Source of the DNA: Octopus bimaculoides
Taxonomy: Eukaryota
Reading direction: 5' to 3'
DNA length: 51,235 bases
Assembly: GCF_001194135.2 (NCBI RefSeq)
Contig: NC_068988.1
Location: 54,177,981 to 54,229,215 of the forward strand
The notes under the pieces were generated by a model. That model was not told the DNA's origin, ran no database searches, and saw only the letters and a program-made list of their open reading frames with translations. Position 1 is the first letter of the stretch. Each line of letters begins with the position of its first letter. Below are positions 22,200 through 36,030 of this stretch, one piece after another. A program made the position numbers and the translations under genes.

Positions 22200-23739
22200 T
22201 ATATATAATGTATGATGATGATTATAGTGAAGATGAAGAGAGCTTTGAAAGCTTGAACTGGGTGGTGGGTTATACACCAGTTTGTCAAAAAATATGGCAA
22301 AAATATAATTCTGGTATAAAATAGTTTGTAGACTGACTCACAAGTACAACCCCCAGATTTCTTTTTTATATTTTTGTTATTGATGTTATTGTTGTTATCG
22401 TTGTTGTTGTTGTTATTTTCATGGATGTTGTTTGTGTGATGTTTATTTTTTTAGTTAATGACTGTTCCTATTTATTTTATCATTATTACACTTCATCACT
22501 TTTCTTTTTTATGTTCAAAGTGTTGCGCGCGTGTGTTCTTGTTGTTGATGATGATGATGTTACATTTGTGCGTGTACGTGTGTTGTACTTTTGTTGTTTG
22601 CATTTGTTTTATTTAATTTTGAACATTCTTTTTCTTCTCTCTCATCTTGTCTCCCTCTGGGAGAGGAGATGGGAAGGAACATTAATAATAATGATAATAA
22701 TACAACATGCAATCCTGGAATTATGCAGTTAAGAGAGACATCTACCTTGTCGGTGCCAAATAATAAACAGTAAGACTGAAGTGATTCTAAATAAACACCT
22801 CTCAAAAATAACAACATACATACATACATACATACATGCATACATGCATGCATGCATACACATGTACAAACACACATCTACACTCACACATGAACCTAGA
22901 TATGTAGACTTATACACATCCACATCTACACACAGTCTCATATGCTTCGTACTTATACATATATATATGCATAACTGTGTGTGTGTGTTATTTTTATCTA
23001 TATATGTGTGTGTATTGTATATTTATATATATGTGTGTGTGTGTTGTATATATATCTTTTATATATGTGTGCATATGTTGTGTACATGTGTGTTTGGGGT
23101 GTGTGTGTGTATGTGTGTGCTTAGAAGGCAATGAACTGACAGATTCTTTAGAGTATTGGATAAATTACTTTGCTTTATTTGGTCTGACTCCTTGCAGTAT
23201 ACAAGTTCAAATCTGACCAAGGTCAACATTGCTTTTCATTCTCCCAGAGTTGGTAATTAAAGCTCCAATCAAGTCTTAAGACTAATTCTCCTCTTCCTAT
23301 CTTTCAATCTAATCTCACTTTCTTCTTCTTCTTCTTCTTCTTCTTCTTCCACATATATAAAATGAAAGGCTATTTACCTAAAGCGGGGGTGAGACTCCCA
23401 CAATGGCTAAGTGGAAGTGAAGATCCCTACCACAACCCAAGATAACACTTAACAGTTATGCACACACACACACATGCATATTTCTCAATACATCTTTTGT
23501 TCTATTTTTATGTAATAGATACAGTGTGCTTAATGATATTATCCTTTTCCTCAATAGCATGTCAGTTTTGGAGAATTCTTGATTCATGAGATTATCTCCC
23601 TTTTCTCATGTGGAAAAGGGGAGATAATTGCCATTTGGTAACCATGATACATACTCCAAGGATGAAGATAATTTTATTAAATATAGAATTTATGTTGAAT
23701 GATATTTGATATACCTATATCTGTCTACATACATAAAAC

Positions 23740-23778
<39 letters not shown>

Positions 23779-24464
23779 TAACTTTCTGTTTTCCTAGATG
23801 GTATGAGTTGGATGGCTTTATAGGAGTTGGCAAGCCAGATGACAGTTCCAAGTACCACTGCCTGCTTTGACATGGTCTCTGTGGCTGGATACCCCACCTG
23901 ACACCACCTACTTTGCAGGGGTTCTGGGTGCTTTTTATGGTTATCTGGCTAGAACATCAAATAATTTGAAGGACAAAGCTCCCTAACTCAGTGGGGATAA
24001 TATTGAGGGAGGTGGCTTTGTGTTAGGGGATGAGAAGGCTAGGGTAAAATAGAGGGATAGAAACTGGCATCTTGCAAAGGAGGCTACCTCATTTGAAAAA
24101 GGTGGGAGAGAAGATGGTGAAGATGTGTTAGGGCTCATCCTTGCATCAGAGGAAGGAGGATATAAGTGAGGTGGTACAGAGGATTGGATTGGAATAGGTT
24201 TAGTCGGTAGGAAAGTCTGTGAGAGGGTGAAAGAAGAATGGGAGAGGTGAAGAGAGAAGGGGAGGGGGTTAGGAAGATAAGTTGTAGGAGAGAAAGGGAC
24301 AAATTGAGCACAAGAAAGTTTGTGTGAAAGATGTATGGGAGATAAAGGGGAGAGAAATGCAGTAAGTAGTGAACACTGGTGGAGGAATGGGGGTTAGGTA
24401 AACGAGTTGCATGAGAGGGGCATAGACATGAATGATGTGTATTTAGAGCGTTGCTTTCATAGGC

Positions 24465-24795
24465 CTTCTCAAGCACAACACATGGCCAGTCATCTTGATC
24501 CTTTGTCATCTCCTCTGTGGAGGCTCAACATATGAAGGTCATTTTTGCCACCTTGTCTCACATCTTCATAGGTCTTACACTTCCATGGACTCCATCCATA
24601 TTTAGGGACCAGGATATTTCCATGCAGCTATCCTAATCCACATGCATACACATGATCATACCAGTGCAGTCTTTTCTGCTGCACATGACATCTGATGCCT
24701 CTTATGTCCAGTTTTTCTTTCAGTGCATTTATACTTTGTCTTACATGCACACTGATGTTGCACATCCAGCAGAGCATGCTGATTTCATTTCTTTT
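24465..24795 (-). mobile_element. RTE-clade LINE ORF2 3' relic
   Basis: LKRNEISMLCWMCNISVHVRQSINALKEKLDIRGIRCHVQQKRLHWYDHV matches the RTE C-terminal region (RLERNEMxMLRWMC...RRLRWYGHV). Frameshifted downstream. Confidence 0.8.
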
Positions 24796-25661
24796 CAGCC
24801 TTCAGATACATGCAAATATATGTGTAAGTGTGTGTATGCATATATTGTATTTTTCTTTTCATTGTTACAGTTCTTGGACAGTGGCCATGCTGGGGCACCA
24901 CCTTGAAGGGTTGAGTTGAATAAATCCATCCCAGTAATTTTTTTTTTTTGATCCCTTTTGTTAAACCACTAAGGGATATATTACAGGGATATAAACAAAA
25001 CCAATATTGGTTACCAAATAGTGGTGGGAAACCAGGCATTACCTATTACAATTTGTCTTGGACTAACAGCTCTTAATGTTTTGTCTTTGTCAATTGTTTA
25101 CTTTGTATGTCCACTCTGTTGTTATTTGTTTGTTCGAAGCCCTAACTCTCCACAAATTTTATATTTTCAAAATTTCTGGATGCTGCTGTCTTGTGAAGAT
25201 TTCCTATCTTGTCATTAAAAGCACGAATTAGGGAGTAATAAAACAGTCGACAACTGAGGTGTTATACTTCTTTTGGTATTTTATCCTGTAATTATCTCTG
25301 TGTGTTTACATATTTTTCACTCGTTGGTGATGTCCTGTACTTAATGTGTATTTTTTATTCATATATACATACATGTAGTTTAATAACTGACATGACTCCT
25401 ATCACTTTCACACACGGATAGGTACAGATAAACATGAAACTCATAGATCCACCTTCTCTGCTCTCTTTTAAGTTCCTATTATTTTCTCTGCACTGATGAG
25501 TACTTTGATATTTGCAAATTCTAAAATGAATTTCTATCTATGTACGAAACGAATGTATGCATGAATAAACTTCTTACAACTTCTTAACATATTATCTCCT
25601 CCATTTTTAACAAATATGATTGGATTTGTAGAACTTCATTCCATAAATTAATCATACACTT

Positions 25662-25725
<64 letters not shown>

Positions 25726-25913
25726 GCTTTAACACAGTTTCTATTTACCAAATTTACTCACAAGGCATTTGTTGACCTGGGGCATAGCAAAAGATGCCCA
25801 AGGTGTCACACAATGAGACTGAACCTGAAACCACAAGGTCACAAAGGGAACTTCTTAACCATGCAACCAAGCTTGCACCTTAGCTATGCAGCCATGTATG
25901 TACATATCAATGA

Positions 25914-26120
25914 TGCGTGGCCGTTTTTGTGCGGGTGACACGTAAAAGCACCCACTACACTCTCTGAGTGGTTGGCGTTAGGAAGGGCATCCAGCTGTAG
26001 AAACTCTGCCAAATTAGATTGGAGCCTGGTGTTGCCATCCGGTTTCACCAGTCCTCAGTCAAATCGTCCAATCCATGCTAGCATGGAAGGCGGACGTTAA
26101 ACGATGATGATGATGATGAT
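25914..26120 (+). mobile_element. Family C repeat (RTE-type 3' tail SINE or LINE end) ending in (GAT)n
   Basis: GGTTGGCGTTAGGAAGGGCATCCAGCTGTAG...GCATGGAAGGCGGACGTTAAACGATGATG. Near-identical copies at about 47190-47376 (+), 39540-39648 (+), 44302-44491 (-) and 12931-12970 (+). Diverged copies at about 9572-9720, 20390-20580, 23760-23940, 26870-27110, 29440-29660 and 39355-39518. Confidence 0.8.
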
Positions 26121-27372
26121 ATATATATTTCAGATAGTGGAAGGGGGCGGAAATCAATATAATTATAATATTAATGATTATCAATATGAAAAAATTCAAA
26201 AAAACATTTTCGTCTTATTTATGAACCCATACATGCAAAAGAAAAAAAAAAGAACTGCTTCAAACNNNNNNNNNNNNNNNNNNNNNNNNNNNNNNNNNNN
26301 NNNNNNNNNNNNNNNNNNNNNNNNNNNNNNNNNNNNNNNCCTATAAATGACCTCTTTTCTCTTTTTTTCTTTCTTTTTTTTTTTTTGTTTTTGCAAATTA
26401 ATTACATGTCTTCAATGATTTACAATTTGAAAAAGAATAATTATTTCTCCATCTTTTACAAAACATTGGCAGAACAGGAAAGTTAGATGTATGTGTGAGC
26501 TGCTCTTTACTATCCTCTGATGATTATAAAATTCAAAAAAACCTTAATTTTCTTTCTATTTATTAACTCATAAATGAAAACTAAAATCCTTCCTTTACCA
26601 TATCATGGTTTTTTTTTTTTTTTTGCTTTTGTTTTTAATTTTAAGACATTGATAAAGAGTAAATGAAAAGAGAGAATATATTTGATTTCCTGTGCTATAA
26701 CCATTAATAGGCAAAGAAGAATGATACAAAATATTCATCCGCATTAGTGGATAAATTATTTTCTATTATAAGAAACATGCTTAATGGAAAACAAAATGAA
26801 AATTTAATGGGTTTTTATGATTAAGAATAGTTGATAGTGTATTCATCATTGTTGTCATTGCCATTGTTTTAATGTTTACTTTTCCATGCTGACATGAATT
26901 TGTTGAGACAGATTTTCTGTGGCTGGATGCACTTCCTGTCACCAACATTCACCTATTTTCAAGTAAGGTAGTATTACCTCCACCACTTCCTTCCATGACC
27001 AGATATATTTTACATGAAAGATTGGAAACAGACAATACAACTTCCACGATGGCGACACTCGCTTACAACTATCGTGCAATGTCAAGGAAAGGAGACAGTA
27101 GCACACACACACATGATGAGATTCTTTCAGTTTCTGTCTACCAAATTAACTTACAAGGCTTTGGTTGGCCTAGTTCCATACATAAAGACACTTGCCCAAG
27201 GTACCACACAATGTGACTGAACTCAGAATCATGTAGTTAGAAAGCAAACATTCTTATTACACAATCATGTCTGTGCCTGTAGCCACACGTGTGCTTATAG
27301 TCCCATCACTGCCTATAGCCTTTACCTATGCCCACACCTGTGCCTATAGCCACACTTGCACCTGTGTCAGTG

Positions 27373-27413
<41 letters not shown>

Positions 27414-27676
27414 NNNNNNNNNNNNNNNNNNNNNNNNNNNNNNNNNNNNNNNNNNNNNNNNNNNNNNNNNNNNNNNNNNNNNNNNNNNNNNNNNNNNNNN
27501 NNNNNNNNNNNNNNNNNNNNNNNNNNNNNNNNNNNNNNNNNNNNNNNNNNNNNNNNNNNNNNNNNNNNNNNNNNNNNNNNNNNNNNNNNNNNNNNNNNNN
27601 NNNNNNNNNNNNNNNNNNNNNNNNNNNNNNNNNNNNNNNNNNNNNNNNNNNNNNNNNNNNNNNNNNNNNNNNNNNN

Positions 27677-27728
<52 letters not shown>

Positions 27729-27881
27729 CAGATTTCCTTACAGTTTCCGTTTATCAAATTCACTCACAAGGCATTGATCAGTGTAGAGCTATAGCAGAAA
27801 ACATTTGTTCAAGATGCTGTGCAGTGGGACTGCTCTTGAAACTACAAAGCTGCAAAACATGTTTTTTAACCCCACTGTCAT

Positions 27882-28017
27882 ATGAGTTGGACAGCTTGAC
27901 AGAAGCTGGCAAGGCTAGGGGCTGCACCAAGTTCCACTGTCTGTTTTGGCTTGGTTTCTATGGCTGGATGCGCTTCCTAATGCCAACCACTTTACAGAAT
28001 GTACTGGGTGCTCTTTA
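27882..28017 (-). repeat. 136-bp perfect inverted copy of 30171-30306
   Basis: Base-by-base comparison gives 136/136 identity to the reverse complement of 30171-30306. Both are pieces of a diverged family C repeat. Confidence 0.97.
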
Positions 28018-30029
28018 GAAACATTGAGAATCAGGGTATGGAGGATTACAATATCTAATGTGCCCTGTCCTCATTCAAAACACTGAAATATGATTTGTGG
28101 AAAATTTGACTGTTATTTCTAGCAGGTCAAAGAACCACATTAAGGTTTCAGATGGAATGGATATAGTTTTGTTAAAATTTTATGGACTTTTACATTCAAA
28201 CCAGCTGTGATGAACTTTAAACCTTTCTGTTCAACCATCTTCCCATTTTGTTGTTTATCATTTTAAATTTCATTGTTACTTCAAATTTAGGAATTCAGAA
28301 AACTCCATTCTTGCTAAAATTCAACAATTATTGTCATTTTCAAACAAAATAGAAATACTCAATTTATTTCCGACTTGCACATTCGAATCAGCCGAGGTTA
28401 TCTTTAAAATCTCTATTTAAGACCATTTTAAAATTGTAAACAAAATGTCCTATTATTCAGTGGTTTTGTCATGTGTAAAGACTAGAGAAACAAAACAACC
28501 TTACTTGAATATCAGATAAGGATTTATAACAGGAACAAGCATCTAATTGTAGAGTACTGCCTTAATAACTCTCATCCAACCCATACCAGCATGGAAAATG
28601 TAGTTGTAAAAACAATGGTGGTGGTGGTGGTATTTTTAAACTTGGTTGTTTCTTCAGATTTTAAAACCCTGATGGTTACAATCTTATTGAAATTTGCAAA
28701 TGTTTATGATTTTCAGATGGAGAAGGAAATCATAAATTTTTTTAGGCTTACATGTTTAGTTTAGCTGGGTTAACTTTATTTTGGACCATTAGTACATTTG
28801 CTACCTCAAATTAGGGAATTTTCATAATCACAGTCTTTTCGAAATTTGCCAATTCTCAGGATTTCTAGATCAAGAAGAATGTTTTTAATTTCACCAGGCT
28901 CACACAGTTAAACCAAGTGTGATGTGCTTTATATCTTTATTTAGCAATAACAGCACATATTTGCATTCATGAAATTGATTTTGTTGTTACTTCAAATATG
29001 CTAATTCTGTTGACACCCACTCCACAATCCTGATAAAATTGGCCAGTTTTCATCATTTTCTAATAAGGTAAAAATTTTTTAATTTCTTCAGACTTAAACA
29101 TTTAATTCGACTGGGATGAACTTTAAATCTTTATTGATGGACCATTAGCATATATTAAAATTAAAAGGAACAACAAAATCATTAAGAAAATGCAACCAAG
29201 TCTAGCTTTCAAGAAATTCAAGTATTTTTGTTATTTATTATTAATTATAGGCACAGGTGTGGCTGTGTGGTTGAGAAGCTTGATTCTCAACCATATGGTT
29301 TTGGATTCAGTCTTACTCCATGGCACATTGGGTAAGTGTCCTCTACCATAATCCTGGACTGACCAAAATTTTCTGAATGGGTTTGGTTGATGGAAACTGA
29401 AGAAGTCCATCATATGTGTGTGTGTGTGTTTCTTTGTCTTTACATCATGTGATAGTTGTAAATGAGTGCCACTGTCATACAATCGGTGTCATTCCTTTCT
29501 AATATTCTGTGAGAACATGTCTGGCCCTGGGGAAACATTACCTTGCTTGGAAATAGTTTAAGAGTTGGCAACAGCGAGGGCATCCAGCTATAGAAAATAC
29601 ATCTCAATAAAATCCATCCAACCCATACAAACATGGAAAAGTGGATGATGATGATGATGACGACGACGACGACGATGACGGTGACGACAATGATGACGAT
29701 GATGACGACGACGATGACGACAACGACGATGATGATGATGATTTTGATGATGATGAACTGCTACAGAGTTTAGCTGAGTCACTAAATTAACAATTAGTTT
29801 GTGGTTGGTACACTCATCTGCTCACTCCAATAATTAGTCTATTTTGATAAGCCTTCTTTGCAATTAAACAGCTCCACTATTAGTAAAATGCCATTGACAC
29901 GTCATCACTTTCCGACTACTTCTATATAACCCTCTATGTTTCTTACCTACTCAATGGAGACCCCTTTCTATATTAAGGTTATAAATTCCCTTGATACCTA
30001 AACCACTGCCCCAGCCATAGTGAAGCCTC

Positions 30030-30340
30030 CCTGCATGCAAAGTTGTTCACACCAGAAGAAATATATAAATAATGTCAACCACTTTACAGAGTGTATTGGG
30101 TGCTTTTTATGTGACACCATCATCAATGCTTTTTTTCTGTCACATAAAAAGTGCTGGTGATGGTACCTCGTAAAGAGCACCCAGTACATTCTGTAAAGTG
30201 GTTGGCATTAGGAAGCGCATCCAGCCATAGAAACCAAGCCAAAACAGACAGTGGAACTTGGTGCAGCCCCTAGCCTTGCCAGCTTCTGTCAAGCTGTCCA
30301 ACTCATGCCAGATGTTTGATGATGATGATGATGATGATGT
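30030..30340 (+). mobile_element. Family C repeat, diverged copy with (GAT)n tail; contains the template of the 136-bp inverted copy
   Basis: Family motifs GTGGTTGGCATTAGGAAGCGCATCCAGCC and CCAACTCATGCCAG followed by (GAT)n. Confidence 0.75.
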
Positions 30341-31032
30341 AAAAACTAATACAGTATAGAAGGGACTATCCACAGGCAACACCAATAGTGTCCTTCAGAC
30401 AGTAGTAATAAGAAGGGAAGGTAACTCTGATCAGTAAGTGGTACATGGTAAAAGGATTCTTTAGTCCTCCTGGAGACAACAGCATAAATATCAATAACAT
30501 AAATTGCATGATAAGGTGCAGTGAAGTGGCTGTGGATGGAAAAAAAACAAACACTTTGTTATTGAAACCATGCTCTCACAAAAAAGGAATGAACACTGGA
30601 AACATAGTTTCTGTAAGATACAGTCTTTGCTGCAAAATAGTTACTGATAAGAGAGATATCAAACCATAAAAATCTATGCCAAAAAAAGGAGATACACAAC
30701 AACAAAATTGACTGCTTTTCACCGTTGCTGTGTGTGTGTGTGTGTGTGTGTGTGAAGGTATATAAGTTTGATACCTGGCAGTGCATTGCGTCCTTGAGCA
30801 AGATGCTTTATGTCACATTATTCCAGTCCACTCAGCTGGCAAAAATGCATTGTACCTGTAATTGAAAGGTCCAGCCTTGTCACATTCTGTGTCGTTCTGA
30901 ATTTCCCTGAGAGCTACATAAATATATGTGCATCTATAGAGTGCTCAGCCTCTCACACATTAATTTTACAACAGCTGGCTGTTCCGTTGATTGGATCAAC
31001 TGGAACCCTCAACATCATAATTGATGGAGTGC

Positions 31033-31069
<37 letters not shown>

Positions 31070-33458
31070 CGAAAGAACTGCAACATGTGGTGCAATATTG
31101 CGGAACCTATCTAATCCATACCAGAATGGAAAGATGGATGCATAATGGTAATACTGGTGGTGGTGGTGAGGGGGGATCAGGATGATGAGGAGATCATTTG
31201 CTACAGTTCTAAAAATTGCTGGTATGCAGATGTTTCCCATAACAATGATATTTGTCTTGATACTGAAAACCAATAACATCTTGGCTCATCTTACAAGTCA
31301 GACATTTGTATGTAGGATTTCAGAATCGAAGACCTTGTTATCTTTCTAAAATGTTAGCAGTGATTGAACACTTCTAATGTCTGATGAATGACCTGATGAA
31401 GTCTTTGAGAACAGCTACCTAATGTTTTGCATGTCAAGGCAAACAATTAAGAACTTTTTCGCTTTGATCTGTAAACTTTTATGGGTTGACTTGGAAGATT
31501 TTGCATTCCAGGCAAAACAAAAAATCATTCTAACACTTGAAAGTAGCTCTGGAACTCAGCAAACTGGGTGCAGTCTAATCCCGCTCAGTTCCAGCTTGTT
31601 CTTGCAAGGTACTGACCATTCTTTTACCTTTGTTGTTCTTTTTTTAGATGCCAGTCAGCATTTAAACTGTGAACATTTTGTTGTTTTTCTGGGACTGTAT
31701 TATTCAAGTTCCACTTGGTAGGACATGTCATAAGGTTTGCAGACAACAGGTGGACCTGTGTATTGGCATGTGGTATCTAAGAGATTGGAAAAGGCCACTT
31801 AGAAGGCCTCCATAGCAATGAGAGGATGATTTAGTCAAACAATTTGGGCCAAGATGGAAAAGAAGGGCACAATCAAGTTAGAACTGGAAGCATATTGTGA
31901 TCAGAGATGTATAAGAACATCACAAAGTCTGGTTGACATAACAATATTATCCAGTATGTTCTTTCTTTTTTAAGCAGTAAACTGTGATTTAGGGAAGGTT
32001 TCACTGTTATTTCTAACAGATTGTGTTACTACATAGAGGTTCTGTTGTTGGCTCATCATTATTATTATTGTTGTTGTTTAGTCATACTAACAGACTAGTA
32101 ACTGGATCAATTATTCAATATTCCAGTTAAGTTATCCAAATATGCTCCATATTACAAAATGTCTATTTTTTGAATTATTCTTATTAATAAATAATTTATG
32201 ATTTTGTGCTGATCTTGTCTCTTCTCCCCTGCTTCCATTTCTATCACATTTTTTATGTTATGCAGGTTTCTTTTAAATAATCATAAAAGATCTATATAAT
32301 TTCATAATTTCAAGAAAAAGAATATGATATACTGTGATGTTTATGCCTTTATTAAAATAATTAGCACTAAAACAGAAGTGACATGACTTTGACTACATAT
32401 TAAAACCATGTTGGAATCACAGCTTGCTTGCAGTTTACTTCATGTTGTATGTCACATAATACCATAAATTTAGTTTCCATGCTGTCTGATTAAATCAACT
32501 TCTGTCTAAAAACACATCAAAACCTAATTTGCATCTAATTCATTCCAGTACTGCAATGTAACCAAGCAATTTATCAATTTTACAGTGTGTAAAGCAGAGC
32601 AGAAGTAAAGAGTAATGATTGTTTTAGTTGTACTATGGGATACTGGAACGTAGCAAAAGCCACCTTGTTTGTGTTCCAATCTGCTTTTATGTCAATCTGT
32701 TAGCTTACATTTCTTCATACAATTCAATGAAAATTTACTTGTAAATACAGACATGGCTATGTGGTTAAGAAGCTTACTTTGTAACCACATGGTTTCAGGA
32801 TCAGTCCCACTGTGTGGCACATTGCACAAGTGTCTCATATTATTAGCCCCTGGCCAAACAATGACTGATAAAGGAATCTGGCTGATTGAAACTGTGTGGA
32901 AGCCTGTAGCTCATCGGATTTTGTCAAACCATCCAACCCATGCCAGCAAGGATGTTTGATGATGATGATGATGATGACGATGATGATGTTTAATGATGAT
33001 GCTGATGATGATGACGATGGTGATGATGATGACGACGATGATATATATCCAAATATGTGTGTGTCTGTATTTGTCATTCTTTCCACCAACTAGTGTTGAT
33101 TTGTTTATGTCTTTGTAACTTAGCAGTTTGACAAAACACACCAACTGAATAAGTACCAGTTGAAAAAAAAAAAAAAAACATAAGTACTGGTGCTGATTTG
33201 TTGAACTAAAACCCTTCAAGGTAGTACCCCAGCATGGCCACAGTCCAATAATTAGAGCAATTAAATGATAAACAATAATAGAACTGTCCACTCTCTCAAT
33301 CTGTTTTCTGTTTATTGTCCTTCTGACTCTGTTTCAGTACCTAACACCACAACTGTGTGATCCTTGGATGCCTTAAGCATTCAGATCAAACTGTACGTAC
33401 GTATGTGTGTGTGTGTCTGTGTGTGTGTGTGTGTGTGTGTGTTCGTAGGTATGTATGT

Positions 33459-33790
33459 GAAGGCGCATGGCTCAGTCGTTAGAGCATCAGGCTCACAGTC
33501 ATGAGGTGGTGAATTTAATTCTCAGACTGAGTTATGTATTGTGTTCTTGGACAAGACAATTTATTTCACATTGCTCCAGTTCACTCATCTGTAGAAATGA
33601 GTTGTGATGTCATTGGTGCCAAGCAGTATTGGCCTTTGCCTCTCCCTTGGATAACATCGATGTTTTGGAGAGGGGAAGCTGGTATGTATGGGTGGCTGCT
33701 TGTCTTCCACACAACCTTGCTTGGACTTTTACCACAGAGGGTAACTTTATAGGTGCAATCTCATGATCGTTCATGACTGAATCTTTACTG
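33459..33790 (+). mobile_element. tRNA-headed SINE, family D
   Basis: GAAGGCGCATGGCTCAG head; colinear with 4973-5302. Confidence 0.75.
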
Positions 33791-33855
33791 GTTATGTATG
33801 CATGTATGTATGTATGTATGCATGTATGTATGTATGTATGTATGTATGGGTGGGT

Positions 33856-34214
33856 GGAGGCGCAATGGCCCAGTGGTTAGGGCAGCAGACTTGCAGTCAT
33901 AGCATCGCGGTTTCCATTCCCAGACCGGATGTTGTGAGTGTTTATTGAGCGAAAACACCTAAAAGCTCCACGAGGCTCTGGCAGGGGATGGTGGCGAACC
34001 CTGCTGTACTCTTTCACCACAACTTTCTCTCCCTCTTTCTTCCTGTTTCTGTTGTACCTGTATTTCAAAGTGTCAGCCTTGTCACACTGTGTGTCACGCT
34101 GAATATCCTCAAGAACTACATTAAGGGTACACGTGTCTGTGGATTGCTCAGCCACGTGCACGTTAATTTCACGAGCAGGCTGTTCCGTTGATCGTTGTTA
34201 GCGACGGAGTGCCA
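33856..34214 (+). mobile_element. tRNA-headed SINE, family A
   Basis: Colinear with 1444-1822. The 3' half is also present at about 30850-31030 (+), and in part at about 7405-7475 and 9870-9910 (-). Confidence 0.8.
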
Positions 34215-34436
34215 ACAACATGTATGTATGTATGTATGTATGTATAAAGCTGGACTCAGTGCTCAACTGGTATTTATTTTATCAACCCCCAAAAAGATGA
34301 AAAACAAAGTCAACCTCAGCAGAATTTGAATTCAGAACATAAAAGCAGACGAAATGCCACATTGTATTTTGTCCAGCGTGTTAACAGTTTTGCCAACTTG
34401 CTGCCTTTTGTTAGGGAGTGCAATGTCCAGTATGTC

Positions 34437-34863
34437 CAGCACTGGGTTAACTATGATGCAAAATAAGCACGTGCTAAGGGCACCAAGGGAAGGAGCGGGG
34501 CACCACAGAAATGGTAAATGGTTTACAGCACAAAAGAAATCACTTTAAACTTGCTAAAATAATATTCGGGATGCCTTTATCTCTACTAAGTATAGATGTA
34601 GATGTGTTACCTAAGATTAATTTTGATGATTTGATCAAAGATTTTGCATTTCGAAACAGAAGGAGGAAACTTTTCAAATATAAATAAAGTGGAAGTATAC
34701 GAAAATAAACATTATTTTCCCTCTTACTGTTTTGTTTCATTTTGGAAAACGAAACTTTATTTTATGGTTTGTTATTGTTTATATTTTGAATTACATAATC
34801 TTTTATGGGGACACCAAAATCTTTTAAGTGCTTAGGGCCTCAATGGGTCTTAATCCAACCCTG
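34437..34863 (+). mobile_element. Non-autonomous hAT transposon (internal deletion derivative)
   Basis: Perfect 8-bp TSD AGTATGTC (34429-34436 and 34864-34871). TIRs CAGCACTGGGTTAA / TTAATCCAACCCTG match at 10/14. Internal 34544-34687 reads FKLAKIIFGMPLSLLSIDVDVLPKINFDDLIKDFAFRNRRRKLFKYK*, the hAT C-terminal dimerisation-region pattern. Confidence 0.88.
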
Positions 34864-35149
34864 AGTATGTCCTACTTTTTTAAGACAGTTTGTAGGATGT
34901 AATAATACTGAAAGCTGCTATTTCAAGCAACAAGGCAGAGGCTCTAAGTTGTTGATAGTGCTACTATTCTTATTTTTTATTGCTGTTGTTGTTGTTGTTA
35001 TTGGTGTTATTGTTGTCCTTATTGTTGCTGCTGCTTCTGTGACTGTTGTTGTTTATTTGCCAGATATGTTTGTGCAAGAATTGGCATCAGCCTTATTATA
35101 ACTTCATTTTGGTTATTGCTTCCACATCTACAAACCAGAATATTTTTTT

Positions 35150-36030
35150 TTTTTTTTACCATCATCCCAACAACCACTGCTACTACAACCACCACAACTG
35201 CACCATTATTAGCATCACCACCACCACGACCACCACCACAACCACCATCATCGTTATCATCATCATCATCACCATCATTATCATTGTCACCGTCATCACC
35301 ACCACCGCTGCTGCCACCGTTACCACCACCACCACCACCACCACCACCACCATCACCACCACCACCATCATTATCATCATCATCATCATCATCATCACCT
35401 ACAACACCACTACTCTAATCATGCCTGTTACAACACTACCACTAGCACCACAACTACACCACCACAACCACAGCTACAAGCACCAGCAACATCCAACGCT
35501 CTCATAGTCCACACAGCAATCACCACAAACCCTCAAACTCACCACTATCACCACAACTACCACCACCGATACCGCTACAGCCGTTACTACCGCCATTACC
35601 ATCACCATCACCATCACCACTACCAACACTTACGTCACAGATACCACTGCAACTTTCGCCATTACCAGCAGCACAATGACCTTCATGACCACTGCCACCA
35701 TGGCTACCCACTCCGCCACTGCCAACACTACCACCACCACTACCATCACCACTACCACTATCACCTGTGCCTCAACAACCATCAACGTAACCCTCTCCTC
35801 TTATCACCACCACCACCAACACCAATACCCCAACGACCATCAACATAACTCCCCCCTATTACCACCACTGCCACCATGGCTACCCACTCCGCCACTGCCA
35901 ACACTACCACCACNNNNNNNNNNCCGTCACCATAACCATGACTACCACAGCCACCATTACCATTATCAGCACCAGCAGCGTCAGCAATAGCTGCAGCATC
36001 ACCACCACTACCTCCAAACAACTCCATCTT
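35150..36030. repeat. (ACC/ATC/ACT)n low-complexity tract
   Basis: About 880 bp of CCA/CAT/CAC triplets with a 10-N gap; no continuous reading frame. Confidence 0.9.

Noticed and set aside
31512-31608. Plus-strand exon candidate AKQKIILTLESSSGTQQTGCSLIPLSSSLFLQ
   Set aside because: It lies in a longer open stretch with an implausible 39-nt downstream intron, in a region that looks like decayed TE sequence.
35690-35913. About 49-bp exact repeat within the ACC tract
   Set aside because: The second copy abuts a 10-N gap in low-complexity sequence; likely slippage or an assembly artefact.
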